A stretch of 64,000 nt of DNA from Takakia lepidozioides (lineage: Eukaryota; Plantae; Bryophyta), in NCBI GenBank assembly GCA_030704615.1, contig CM060731.1:21948001-22012000 (forward strand), written 5' to 3'. Below the pieces are notes generated by a model. That model did no database searches and was not told the origin of the DNA. It was given only the letters and a program-made list of their open reading frames with translations. Of this stretch, positions 1 to 12,129 are shown piece after piece. The translations under genes were made by a program, and so were the position numbers. Numbering within the stretch: position 1 is the first letter of the stretch; every line of letters starts with the position of its first letter.

Positions 1-2260
1 AAGATGCCATTTCTCCAAGATAGGACTGAACTGGAGTTCACCATGGAGTCATGACTGATGAGCAGCACCGGGCGTAAGTGATCACCTCTAGCTGCTCATT
101 TTCTGGAATCCCTTGGATTTAGCCTTGTAATTTTAACCACTATAGAATTGTAAAGTTTCCTGTATATCAGAACCATGGGGATTGTCCATAACTTAACGTG
201 ACAATACCCGTTTGTGTGTGCAATATAGAATTTCTCCTTTTAGATCAGCATTCATCCACTGGCAACTGCAGCTGCCTGATTTCATCCCTTGGGAAAGATC
301 ACTTGTGGAAGTAGTCTATTCATTGGTGCCTGAACGGGATAGGGTTGGGGGCCAAGCACTTTGAGTAGCCAATTTTGATGGGGCTGACAGTTTGCATTCA
401 AAAAACATTGGTGACCTTTTTCAGAGGCACCTTGTTTGCTTATGGTTATTCATATCAAGATCCCCTTCCTCGTCAGCATCTGTGGGGTCCCGCATTTCCG
501 TTCTCGAAGCTTTGGTGGACCGGTCACAACCAACAACAGGGGACATTATTCTCAGGGGACACGATTTTGCAGGTATAGTGGCTTGGTGTGGTTTCTATGA
601 TGAAAGTACTATTGAGTGTTCAAAGCTTCCAAACACGATGGTTCTGAGGTCCAGATTCTTGTGTGCCCCCAATGAGGAGTGGGGTCCATATCAACTAGGT
701 TTGGATCCAGACAAGGAGAATGAATGCTTTCATATTCTCACTGTATTCCAGTGGATGGGCGGAGATTGGGACTCCATCAAGCTGATTGATGCTCTTCCCT
801 CCCCTATTTGGAGGATGCTTCAGCTGAATAGTTCTCTGCAAGTCTTATCCGTTTCAAGATGGATCTCATCTTCGGCGTTGACTGAATTGTTGAGATAGCT
901 GTAGGTGAGTCATTTGTCACACGTCAGAGTTTACTGGAGTTTACTCTAGAGGTTGGTTGATTGTGAAGCCCTTACTAGTTAGTCTTAGTTTGGTCTGTGC
1001 TTCACATTCCTTTGCATTCAAACCAAAATATCGTGGGAGGCTTGGCCATATTCTTCCAAGGCCCAAGCAATGGGGATACTCTTTGAACTCTATAGATGCC
1101 AGTTTCGGTATTAAGGCTGTGCAGATCATTGCTTACTTGATGTTGGATTTGGGGGTTTTTCCTATCTGTTCATTGAAAGATAAAGAGGGACTCAGAAATG
1201 GGCTTGAGCGATGAGTTCCGTGTCATTCTTGCCATAGACCCCATGCCTCATGTGGTTGGAGCAGACTCGGTGGGGGACAGCGGATTCAGGTCCAAGGTCT
1301 CACTTGCTGCTTACAACGTATACTTGGTAGGTCACAACAATGCAATTCACTTCTAAAGCAAGTTAGTTCCGTAGTTAGTTCCATAGTCCCTGCACATAGT
1401 AATAAGTACGGCATGTTTGAGCTCATTGAGCATGGTTGATTACCCGTGATAACAACACTCAGGAGAGTTGGCTAGTAATGGTTCCAAGTTTTTCTGTTAT
1501 GTTGGAACTATTTAGTTCATTGACTGCAATTTCTCTTGCTTTTCAGAAACCCGAATCTGACCTGTTGAGACTCTTTTACATCGTCTTTGGCATGCCCACC
1601 CATTTACTGCCTTGTCCAAAAACCTCAAAGACCAATCTAGATATGTGGACCCCCACACTAGAAACAGATTGCAGAAACAGAGATGGAGGGAAAAGCCAGG
1701 CCCTAGCGAACTTGCTAACAAGGGAGAAGGATGGAGTGAATAGTGGCTTAGTAGAGATTGCGAGAGAGATGAAATGTTGTGCTAGGGCAGGAACTAAGAG
1801 AAGTAAGAAGAGAAGTAAGAAGTGAAAGAGTGACGGATATGAAGCAATCCCGAGAGACCGTTGAGATTGAAGAGGCAGCAAGCTGTTCTAGAAATAACAG
1901 AAGGGAGGTCCTGTGAAGATGAAGTGCGCAGCTCGGAGGTGATGAGCTGTGGAGAAAAGGAGCTGGAGAAGGAGCTCGGAGATGCTGCAGTAACATAGTC
2001 AAGACAGGTGCATTATTCAGAACTTGAGCTTAGTTCGAAATTTGGGATCACGACTCTTCTTGTGTCTCCAGTTGAAATCTGCCTCCTCTCCATCACCAGG
2101 GGACTTCCCATTGAGGGGGGATGGATTGATTCCAGGCAAAGCGCATGTTGGGAAGACTGGAGCCGAGCAAGTCGCCTTTGCCCCAGGACTCTTTGAGTGA
2201 CTTGGGGTACATATTTGTCATTGTGCAAATCCTTCCCCACTGACTGGACTCTCTAGCTTC
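1..2260 (-). mobile_element. Decayed DIRS-group (tyrosine-recombinase) retrotransposon relic: RT, RNase H and MT-like remnants on -, YR remnant on +; runs off the left edge
   Basis: Minus strand across frameshifts: SLFIF..NDLHSLN, VSPLLGPWKNMAK, HDILV, ECEAQT..LTSKGFTIN (RT-like, GFTIN at 970-956); VDMDPTPHWG..IW..LEAL (RNase H-like); WLLKVLGP..APMNRLLP..AAAV..ADLKGEILYC (MT-like, ~150-400). Plus strand LYIRT/MGIVHN and SI-IGA (315-330) resemble the YR HSxR-GA box. Parallels 39060-39760. Right boundary is approximate. Confidence 0.5.
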
Positions 2261-2684
2261 ATTCATATTGTCATTGAATATTTATTCCAGTAATATGGAC
2301 ACACATACTTTTGGAGCATCAATGAAATACAATTTTGAGTTAGGTAGCTTCAAATGCAAAACTTTCCCAAGGTTAAAAGGTGCTAGACAAAACCATAATG
2401 TTGAAGAAACTCAGCAAAATAAACAGCAAAAGATTGCACCAGTATTGTGGTGTTCTCCTCTTCATTACCAATATAACATACTCGGTTGCTGCATTAGTGC
2501 CTTGAGTGGATTATTGGGGCTGCAATTCCCCAAGAGGAATTACTTCACCTTCAATGATATGACCGACATATTACAGAGCTCTCTTTCCTTACTCTATATC
2601 CTAATTGAAGCGCAAGTTAACAAAATTTCAGAAAGAGTTCTGTTGTGCTATTCCTGGCCAAAAGTTACTGTGACAGAAGAGAGG

Positions 2685-3707
2685 CTATGAAGTTCCTTGA
2701 TCCGGAAGAACTTCCAAGTTCACTATATCCTTGACAACCTGGGCTTTATCTTGATCAAATTGAATGTCTTCTGTGTCGGACTTGAAGTCACTGAAAAATT
2801 GGAGAAGCTTACTCTGGTTTGCCACCAAGATTGTCACAATTTCTTGCGGCTTGTTCACATTTGCCACAAACACCTTGAAAACATGAAAAGCTTCTATCTG
2901 AATGTTTTTGCTGGGCTCCTTGAGAAGGTTCATGAGAATGCAGAGATTCTCTTTGCAGCTGACATAGCGCATCATCACATTCACATTGGAACGATCCAAC
3001 AAAATATCCCCCAGCAATTTCACTGACTGCCGCCGGGTCATGTAATTTGGAGACTCCAAAAGCCTGCTGTTGAACTCTCGGAAAAACCAGTCGTAGTTCT
3101 TGGTCAGGTAGTCTGCAACAGTTGACTTGTGTCTTGTCAAAAGCTCCTGGAAGGTAGCTGCTGCATCAGATGCTATATCAAAGTTGGGAAGTTCTATGTA
3201 TGCAAAGAACTTGGGCAATTTATCGGATTCCAACACATAACGGGCAACGTTCTGATGCCGGATACACTCACGCAGCATGGTCCCATAGTGTAACGCCATC
3301 TCTGGATCCTCATAGCCCAAAACAAGGAGATCAAGGAGGTCTTTGTTTTTGTCAAGGTATTCGGATGCAATGAGGCGTGAATGCACCTGCTGCCGCTGCA
3401 GATTAGCCACCACCTGTGTGCTGTCCTTGCGCGCCTCCAAGTCAAGCTTAGGAGAACACTGTATGAGCAAGCGCATTGTATCATCCCTGAACATCTCCTG
3501 CGTCAGCTGTGCACATGCCTCGGGCACAGGCTCAGCCTCGCTGTTACCATACAACACCATCTTCATCTCACGAATGTTCCTTGCCAATTCTGCTATCTTT
3601 TCCTCCCGCTTAGGGTCTTGTGGCGCATCCAGGGATGACAGAAGCTCTTGTGTAAATCTGACTAGCTCCGGAATTGTGCGCTTCTTCCTCTCAAATAATC
3701 CCTTCAT
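2685..3707 (-). CDS. MO25: MO25/CAB39-like scaffold protein, 340 aa, intronless CDS
   Basis: Uninterrupted ORF from ATG 3707 ([11 protein letters not shown]). Hallmark MO25 motifs [55 protein letters not shown]. Possible 5'UTR intron at 3867-4192. Confidence 0.95.
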   Translation of the reverse strand: MKGLFERKKRTIPELVRFTQELLSSLDAPQDPKREEKIAELARNIREMKMVLYGNSEAEPVPEACAQLTQEMFRDDTMRLLIQCSPKLDLEARKDSTQVVANLQRQQVHSRLIASEYLDKNKDLLDLLVLGYEDPEMALHYGTMLRECIRHQNVARYVLESDKLPKFFAYIELPNFDIASDAAATFQELLTRHKSTVADYLTKNYDWFFREFNSRLLESPNYMTRRQSVKLLGDILLDRSNVNVMMRYVSCKENLCILMNLLKEPSKNIQIEAFHVFKVFVANVNKPQEIVTILVANQSKLLQFFSDFKSDTEDIQFDQDKAQVVKDIVNLEVLPDQGTS

Positions 3708-4589
3708 CTCTGTCCCTCCTTTGTCCACGAAACTCCCTAAGAGTCTAACAAACCCACACGAGCTCCACCATCATGCATCACTCTGTCTTGTTCTCCACCA
3801 TGTCTCTCCACATGAATTCTTCGGTAAAAGGGTTTCTGCTGTGTACTTTGTAGATTGATTGCAGTCCTACAGTTGAAGGCATGCTTCAGTGGCCCTACTC
3901 TGTTCCTTTCTTGTTCTCAACTCTCCTATTTACCTTCTTCTGTGTTCAAGTTTGGGTGAGAAGTATGGGAGGCAGATGTAGGGAGTACATAATCTGCACC
4001 AACCTAAGCATTAGGGTTAATGACACTAGCACACTAGTCGAGAGACTTGTGCCTCCATGGTTATTATCCTTTACTGTGATTGTATTGTGGTGCCGATGGC
4101 AACTTGTTACAATTTCCATGGAAAATCCATTTTGAAAGTTGTTTGACAATATCGGCATACTAAGTTGCCCTCAGGAGTGCATGCTTTCTTACCAAAATGT
4201 GTATATGTTCATAGTTGACAGAAAAAGCGGTGATTAAAGAAGGGAACCGACAGAGGGAGCCTCACTACGTCTGCGGGGCATTTGCAGTGGAGTCTGAGGG
4301 GCCTAGCTAGTTATCTCTCAAAACGGGACCTCTACAGCTCAGATGAAAACAAACCCCAACTGAGTGGACACCCTGGTCCCTCCCAGTGGTGATAAGTTCC
4401 AGGAAATGAAAAGGGGCTAAAACTCCTGCACGACTCAAGAAACATATGTATTATGTGTGATCTAAACCCATTGCCAGCAGCAGATGAAGTCAGTGAGTGG
4501 TGGCAGCTTGTGACTGCTACACATGATGAGGTTGATGGTCTGGGACTTTGTGATTGAGGGGGGGTGTGGGATTGGTTTGTGGATGAGAA

Positions 4590-5820
4590 GCAAGAGATTG
4601 TACTCATAAGACGTTGTTTGCCGTAGCCTTGTGGCCATTGACCCCGCACCCAGTTTGAGCGGGAACAAAAGGGACAGAACCTACCTCTGTCAGGGGCTGA
4701 CGTTGGTAGTAAGACTTACCTCCATATAAAGAATTAATCCGGGTTTTCCAGATATCCTCTAGAAATCCCTTCACACAAGCATCAATCTGCTGTGTGTGAT
4801 TTGCCCAAAAACTAGGCCTCAGGAGGGCCTGGGCTTTTGGCTCAGCCTGGTAAACAGGGGTACAGGCACAATTCCCTTAATAGATTTGAAGAGAGCGTCT
4901 CTTTGGTGAGAGAACCCCGGACAGTGTATCAGAAAATGAATACTGTCTTCAGATTGCCCACACAACGGGCAATTGCACTCTCCCTTTCCTCTCTGCTTCT
5001 GTTTGCTGTTCAAAGGTAGGCTTCCTGCCCTGAGTTTAAATTTCAGTCTAGTGCCGAGAGTGGGTAGACCCTTGAGGTCATCCAAGATGTCCTCCCCCAT
5101 GTCACAGACTGGAAACAAGTTCAGGGAAGTTTTCTGCCTAACTTCATTTTCATCAGACAATCTCATGGCAACAGACATGGCTGAGGACACTACAGCCTCT
5201 AAGTCAGATTTATCCAGCAGGGTCAAGACTTGCGGATCCAGGTCCAGGTCCTTGAGGATCTCTTCTACTCTCTTCTGCCAGGACTAAGCCTGTTTGACAG
5301 GGCGATCCTGTTTCCAAGATATAGAGTCGATTAACTTACGATATCTGGTGTTGGGCATATGTTGCAGCTGACCCCACCATCTGACCTTGAATTCATCTCG
5401 TCGGGAGCTTAAGGACGGAATGCCAAACTCACCCCGAACAGCCACATTGGCTGTTTTGGAGCATGCTGACATACACTCCTTAAGCACCCCCACTTGAATG
5501 GATTCTAGAGACTTAGCCTGGTTGGAGTTATCAACCCATATAGCAGATCTGTACTCCAAGGCAGGTCTAATAACGCGACAAAGCATGGTTTTCTTAACCT
5601 CAGAGTTGACCCCTCTGCAGTGGAAAATTTTAGTGAGCCCCAGAGCTTTGCCCTTGCCAGTTTGAACAACTTTCCGGATATGTGCATTCCAATTACAATT
5701 GGAGGAGAACTCAACGCCCAGGTAAGTGTAGGAAGGGAGGACCGGGATCTCTTGGCTACCCCACTGCCACTTAAGATCACTTCCTCCCTCTCCTCTGTCG
5801 TTGAATGCTACCACTGCACA
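4590..5820 (-). mobile_element. 5'-truncated RTEX-like LINE, copy A (RT C-terminus + CCHC finger)
   Basis: YTYLGVEFSSNCNWNAHI, IRPALEY, AVRGEFG, LKFKLRAGSLPL, CPLCGQSEDSIHFLIHCP. Contains a stop and a frameshift. Ends AACGTCTTATGAG(T/G)ACA next to a TC-rich tail. Confidence 0.85.
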
Positions 5821-5823
5821 TTT

Positions 5824-6340
5824 GCTGAGAAGAGAATGTCCTCATAAGACGTTGTTTACTGTAGCCTTGTGGCCATTGACCCCGCGCTCAGTTTGAGCGG
5901 AACACAAAGGGACAGAAACTACCTTTGTCAGGGGCTGACGCTGGTAGTATGACTTAACTTGGAACAGACAATTGATCCGAGTTTTCCAGATATCATCTAG
6001 AAATCCCTTTACACAAGAATCAATCTGCTGTGTGTGGTTTGCCCAATAACTAGGCCCCAAAAGGGCCTGGGCTTTTGGCTCAGCCTCCAGAATATCAAAG
6101 TTGGTAAACAGAGGTACAGGCACAATTCCCTTGATGGATTTGAAGAGGATGTCTCTCTGGTGAGAGTACCCAGGACAATGAATCAGAAAGTGAATATTGT
6201 CTTCAGGTTGCCCACACAACGGGCATTTGCAATCCCACTTTCCTCTCTGCTTCTGTTCGCTGTTCAAAGGTAGGCTTCCTGCCCTGTGTTTAAATTTCAG
6301 TCTAGTGCCGAGGGTGGGTTAACCCTTGAGGTCATCCATG
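5824..6340 (-). mobile_element. 5'-truncated RTEX-like LINE, copy B, head-to-tail with copy A
   Basis: Highly similar to 4600-5085; CPLCGQPEDNIHFLIHCP; same 3' terminus at 5830-5885. Confidence 0.85.
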
Positions 6341-6344
6341 AGAA

Positions 6345-6420
6345 GACGTGAGAGAGAGAATGTACTCATAAGACGTTGTTTGCCGTAGCCTCATGTGACA
6401 GAGAGAGAGAAGACAAGAGA
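6345..6420 (-). mobile_element. Extreme 3' stub of the same LINE between (GA)n runs
   Basis: gagagagagaatgtactcataagacgttgtttgccgtagcc matches the 3' ends at 4600 and 5840. Confidence 0.75.
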
Positions 6421-7861
6421 CAAATCTTCTACCTCATCTGCTCTCTACCCATATACATAAAGAATAGATAAAGGAATGGAAGGAGGAACAACTACATTTT
6501 GTGTGGCAATGGTAGGCTGCAACACTTGTGCATGACGTGAACCCGCACTCCTATTGCTAGTCAGATACACCAAATCTTCCACAATTGCTTGAGCCCCCTC
6601 ATGTATCTCCTCTGTTAGCCAGTCAACTTCCAACTGTCACACCAAAGCAGCAACTACAAATTTCGTACTAGACCTCAATGCTCCAGTTTCGTAAGAGCCT
6701 GGAGAGGTGTGTTTGGGCTACTGAGGCCAACACAGCCACATTTTAGGGAGGGGAGGGCATGACAGTGTGGTTTAAGGAAAAGTGACTCAGGGTACTTTGT
6801 TTGTAGTGCATACCCATGACTATGGAGCTGCGTGTCCCAGAAGGCTAGGAGCCTCTTCATGGGAGCATGCCATTAGATTCCTGATGTTGTGCTTAAGCAT
6901 CCTCCTAAGCACTACTTACACAGGTCTTGTAACCTCAAAAAGCCCCCATATGTGTGGTAATTTAGTTGGTGACTCCCTTGACTGCACAAGGTAATCTCCA
7001 CATGGATTGCGTAGTTATCAAATGTATGCATGGGTGCCAATGCATCCACGATAATAATTATATCTGTCTGTCTTGTTGTCTCTGTCTGAATTTCTCTGTC
7101 TGTGTATCTACTTGTCACAAGCTCAATGTGAGGGTTGGAACTTGGAACACATGAATTGCCACTTTGCATAAACATGCCGTAAATCAAATGGTCGTTAGCC
7201 AATAGAAGAAATGGTTTACACAGGACAGAACAGCTCCTGGCATGGAATGGGAAAGAAGATTTGTGAAGGCCACACCAGAAGAAGTAAATGATGGACCAAC
7301 CTACAATCGGCTTTGATTCATAGAGCTGGGGTCCGACCAATTCCGTCCATCTGGTCTCTCATACTGCCTTAGCCAGTCATCAAATCTGCTTTCCAGGCAC
7401 ACCCCAAATGAAAATCTTCCATAAGCACGATACCACTTACGTCGAGGACAGCACTAATAGGTGAGAAAGGGGAGAAGGGTTATTAAGAGAAAATGTGAAA
7501 GAGAGACAGACTCAGGTGTAAGAGGACGAGCCCCAAGCACACCACACACAAACATAAAAAAAGAAGCAGAGGAGCTGGCATGTAACTGAGAAAGCTGGGA
7601 ACTGATGAGGGAGGGCAACCACACATTTTGTCATCATATGAAGGAAGGCCCTGCTGTTGCCGAGCTTGATTCCATGCACAGCACTCAGGCTCAACTGCGT
7701 TACAATGCAACTGGCGAACATAAGTTCAGTCCACAAACTAGGAATGAGGGACAAAATGAAGAAGCACACCCAGGTCTCAAAACTCGCAACTTAACACTGA
7801 TAAAGAAGGGCACGATACCTAAAGCCATACTTCTAAGTAGGTCCATTGTTGATACTCTATA

Positions 7862-9030
7862 GGAATTGCTTTGAAGGGTGAAGAGAAAGACCTCATGGGA
7901 AAGGCTCTAATGAAGAGGGTCATGCAGACCTGGCTGCCAGCAAGCAGTGCACTTCTTCAGATGATGATCCATCATTTGCCTCTCCTGCTACGGCCCAAAA
8001 GTACAGGGCCCTAAATCTGTACAAGGGTCCCTTGGATGACCAATATGCAAATGCCATCAGGAACTGTGACCCTGAAGGTCCTCTCATGCTCTATGTTTCA
8101 AAGATGATTCCTGCCTCTGAGAAGGGTCGGTTCTTTGCTTTTGGACAGGCCTTTGCTGGGAAAGCGTCCACTGGTTTGAAAGTCCGCATCATGGGGCCTA
8201 ATTATGTGCCCGGACAGAAGAAGGACCTGTATACCAAGAGCGTTCAAAGGACAGTCATCTGGCGGCGGCAAGAGTCTGTTGAGGATGTACCTTGCGGCAA
8301 CACAGTGGCCTTGGTTAGTCTTGATCAGTTCATCACCAAAAATGCCACTCTGACCAATGAGAAGGAAGTTGATGCTCATCCAATTCGGGCCATGAAGTTC
8401 TCTGTGTCACCTATTGTGTGCGTTGCAGTGCAATGTGAGACTGTATCTGATCTGCCCAAGTTGGTAGAGGGGTTGAAGTGGTTGGCCAAGTCTGATCCTA
8501 TGGTTGTTTGTACTATAGAGGAGAGCGGTGAGCACATCATTGCTGGTGCAGGCGACCTCCATCTTGAGATTTATCTCAAGGATTTAATTGTAGGGGCCTT
8601 TCAATGGACCTCAAACGAGGGTGCTCTTGCTGAAGAGAATATGCGAGGTATTGCATTTGAGGTGTGCGACGTGGTTCTCCATGCAGATGCCACACATCGT
8701 GGTGGTGGCCAGATCATGCCAACTGCCAGGAGGGTGATGTATGCAGCTCAGCTCACAGCCAAGCCTCGCCTTTTGGAGCCAGTGTACTTGGTGGAAATCC
8801 AGGCAGCAGAGGGTGCGCTTGGTGGCATATATGGTGTGCTCAATCAAAAACGTGGTCCTGTGTTTGAGGAAGTCCAGAGGCCAGGAACTCCTCTCTACAA
8901 TATCAAAGCTTATCTCCCTGTCATAGAGTCATTTGGATTTTTAGGTACTCTTCAAGCAGCGACATCTGGGCAGGCCTTCCCCCAGTGTGTCTTTGACCAC
9001 TGGGAGATGATGAACAGTGACCCACATGAC
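7862..9030 (+). pseudogene. eEF2: Elongation factor 2 C-terminal fragment, antisense inside KTI12 intron 3
   Basis: [54 protein letters not shown]-terminal G domain absent, frameshift near 7980, large in-frame deletion at [11 protein letters not shown] (~8587), truncated 3' end. Confidence 0.92.
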
Positions 9031-9720
9031 TCGACTAGAAAGGTGAAGATGTGGGGGCTCTCAGGTCGGTCGTACCGGAAGAGAAAACAGCTGGGGCCAT
9101 GAATGCAAGCAGACAAGGCACAAGTTAGGGCAGCAAAAGCTTCCCAGGCAGTCCATAGCCTTTCTGCAGCGCCTAGTGCGTTTACAGGCAGTCCTTGGCT
9201 ATGAATGATATACCACGTCTGTGAAAGATTGAGGGGGGCCGAATGGAGACAGAGTTCTGTTCCATTTCATACAAGGGCTGAGGTGGATGAATTGCTTTAT
9301 CTCTTTGAAGACAAACCTCACCAGAAGCACCTGGAGGCAGCTCCCCTAATCTCTAGAAGGTGGGTGGTTTGTAGATCTTTCTTCTGAGGCACAGAAAAAA
9401 TGACAGATTTCGTAGTGTCCAAGCAGAGAGGCCACAGCCCTCCTCCGGTACTGGGTTCTTTCCCAGGTAAGAAAGAGGGGTTCTTCTTCATTTCCCAGGT
9501 AAGAAAGTTGACAGAACTTTTGCACGTGACTGGGCTATCCGTCACCTAGGGGGCTCAGGAGATATTAAACAGCAATTTTGTCACACAAGAGGTAGAGGGT
9601 TATTCTCCATACTCCTGGAGACGAAGGATGCTGCTGAGAGAGCACTATAATTCAATCCGCATCTCAAGGGATTCAACGTAAATAATTTCCCATGGTCAGC
9701 AGCAATGGGGAACAGAAATG
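9030..9720 (+). mobile_element. Degenerate L1-type LINE ORF1 (DUF4283-like) fragment
   Basis: RGRGLFSILLETKDAAERAL*FNPH..FPWS at ~9590-9700 resembles the plant L1 ORF1 RRM region. Boundaries are approximate. Confidence 0.5.
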
Positions 9721-11265
9721 GCAAGGTATGGGGGGCAGTATTAAGTAGAGGTAGATGGGGTAACAGTGGGAAACTTCTACTTGATTAAGTAACCATCCAA
9801 AAATACTTGACTGCAACAGTGATGGAGAGAGGTGAATGAGAAGTCAACAAAGTAAGAGGGGCACAAAGTAGAGATTTGTGAAGGAACTTGGGGAATTGTC
9901 CCAACATTTGAAAGAGAAGCAATCCTTAAAAGACATGGATCGAATCACTTCCAGGAGCCACGCTCCAAACAGAAAGGGGCAAATGGAAGTATACCACACT
10001 GTAGCGGACCCCAGCAGCATGAGCCAAGCAATGTACCACAGCTCCTACCTGTAAAAGCTACATTTCCACCACTACAATGAACTCCATCAGAGCTCAATAA
10101 CTGCACACATGAGTGCCTGGTAATCAAGTATGAGCATGCCCACCAGAGACACCGTAAATTATACTGGCTCCTTACACAGTTGCGACTAGTGGCTTCTCTT
10201 AGGAGGCTAAAAGTACATCTCCACCAGCCCAATCAATGCATCAGCTCAAAAATGTGCTTTTGTTATAAGCCAACTTGAAGAATGCATCGCCAGTGTAACT
10301 CACACCGGTTCCGCTGCTACATTAGGACTACTAAGTTCTAAGTTTTGCATACAGTCTCTACATCGTTCCGCTCTTCCTCCAAGGACTTGCCAATGTTCCT
10401 TGGCCACAGCTCGTGCAACCTCAGAGTGGAACCTTGCCCATAGCCAAGAATAGACATCCACACAGACCAACTATACTGTTGTAATGGTTCACTAATTTTC
10501 AAAATCTCAAAGCTGAGCCTAAAGCCCTGGCCCTGTTGCAATCTCCAAATTGATTGTTAATATCAAGATGAGTACATTATACTGTGGTGATAGTGTCCTA
10601 CCAGTAGGCAACTTCCCACAGTCACAAGTAAAACAGCCTAAGGGAGGCCAATACCTTGATATTGTTGAGGGAATTGCCAATGAGAATGCTGTCCTTTGAT
10701 ACCATCTCATATCTCAACAATCCTCGGATTTTTTTCTCACTGGGCATATCTGTAATTACAAAATCGAGCAGGCATCCTGTAAAGATAACCCACATAGCCT
10801 AAAACAACACTCGCCATTCTTCAGTTTTAACGTCTAGGACAGACAGAATGATATCCAAATTTCTGGGTGTGTGGGAGAGAAAAGGAGAGATTAAATGCTA
10901 TGAGGCCTGGCATTCACACAACTTAGGTTTAGGGTTTTAAGGGTAAGGGTGTTGGTGATCCCATTGTTAAAGTATTTTCAGAAACCTGGGCAGAAACGTC
11001 GATGTAGAGAGGATTCAAGCGGGAATATACCGAATTCTCTAAATTCAAAGGGTCCCTCCTTCCACATAGGAAGGACAAACAGTAAGTTAGCATACTATAG
11101 CCATAGAGAATGGTACCAGTTTAGGAGAGACGGAGAGGATGATGTGATTAGACTGTACTTGCCGGAATCTACGGCTTATTCAAAAGAAGGTGGGGCGGGA
11201 GGTCGTCCGCCCTTCAGAGGACTAACAGAATAGAGCCATAGCATGCGACCCCCAGCCACAGACAC

Positions 11266-11269
<4 letters not shown>

Positions 11270-11300
<31 letters not shown>
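11270..11300. repeat. (GT)n microsatellite in KTI12 intron 1
   Basis: About 15 GT units seen directly. Confidence 0.95.
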
Positions 11301-11303
<3 letters not shown>

Positions 11304-12129
11304 CTTTAGACTGGGCTGCCATAGAAGACGTGATCAGCTTCGGAAAAAAAAACAGAGGAAAGGAAAGAGGGCGCACCATGATAGCTGTGATTGCGGTCGA
11401 GATTGAGGGAGGGCTCATCGATGAGAGTGACGGACATGCTGGACGGGCCCAATGCTTTGATGAGACAGGCCAATGTGGTCGACTTTGCGCTGCATGGCTG
11501 CCACACACCAACACGGGCGCTATCTCCTTCTGTCTGCCATCCCCACCTTGAAAAATCTCCTTCGTCTAATATCCATCAGTGCGTTCCCCGATTGTGTATA
11601 ACGATCGCGGAAAGCAACCCATTTCTGGCCTCACTGCTACAAATCACTGAAAAGCCCCGACAAATCATAAACTGCACAAAAATCCCGCGCCTTTTCTTTT
11701 GAAAGGCCAGAATTGGGAGTTTTCTTCGAACGATCTGTGAAGTTGTCCAGCCCAAGCTGCCTGCTTAGCCGAACCTCAACGAGGTGTGGCCAGCTTCTTG
11801 CCCGAGCCTGTTCCACACCTCAGCTATGGTGTCTCCGAACCTGACCAGAATGCAGCCTTCTCTTTCTCCGAGCCTATTTCCACAGCTGAGGTGTGGTACC
11901 CAAGGCTGGCAGAGCAGAGCCGCTTAGGGCTTGCAATTTCGCTGCAACAGCGCTCTTGCCAGATCGCTTCTGTAAAGTGATTTGCAAGCTTCCTTTGATG
12001 ACAATGCTAGGGCCGAGCGAGACAAGATTGGAGAGGGATAACGATTGCGGTGTGTGCTTGTACAGGCGAAATTGAGACCCTGTCTCTGAGGATTTGAGCA
12101 GTTGGAGTTCGGAGATACAGGAGGCAGCG

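Larger units (their letters stand above)
6496..11523 (-). pseudogene. KTI12: KTI12/DRL1 (Elongator-associated ATPase) unprocessed pseudogene; 6 exons: 11377-11523, 10655-10749, 9995-10057, 7625-7710, 7301-7385, 6496-6611; 3' exons not found
   Basis: Exons read APVLVCG/QPCSAKSTT..LIDEPSLNLDRNHSY; MPSEKKIRGLLR..NSLNNIK; YR*ELW..CLAHAAGVRYSV; LHCN..CCAWNQARQQQGLPSYDDK; FDDWLRQYERPDGRN; AIVEDLVYLT..VLQPTIATQ. This is collinear with Arabidopsis DRL1 as recalled, with GT-AG borders in consistent phase. Lesions: ATG>ATA, frameshifts, TAG, P-loop GKS>AKS. Confidence 0.85.

Noticed and set aside
6496-9030. Functional link between KTI12 and eEF2 (translation-fidelity cluster)
   Set aside because: Both are broken; nesting is adequately explained by chance insertion of a highly expressed gene's fragment.
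8032-9102. Functional eEF2 gene
   Set aside because: No G domain, upstream frameshift, internal deletion, foreign C-terminus.
11306-11506. ABC ATPase (KSTTL..LIDEP..LD)
   Set aside because: The spacing is too short; it is exon 1 of KTI12.
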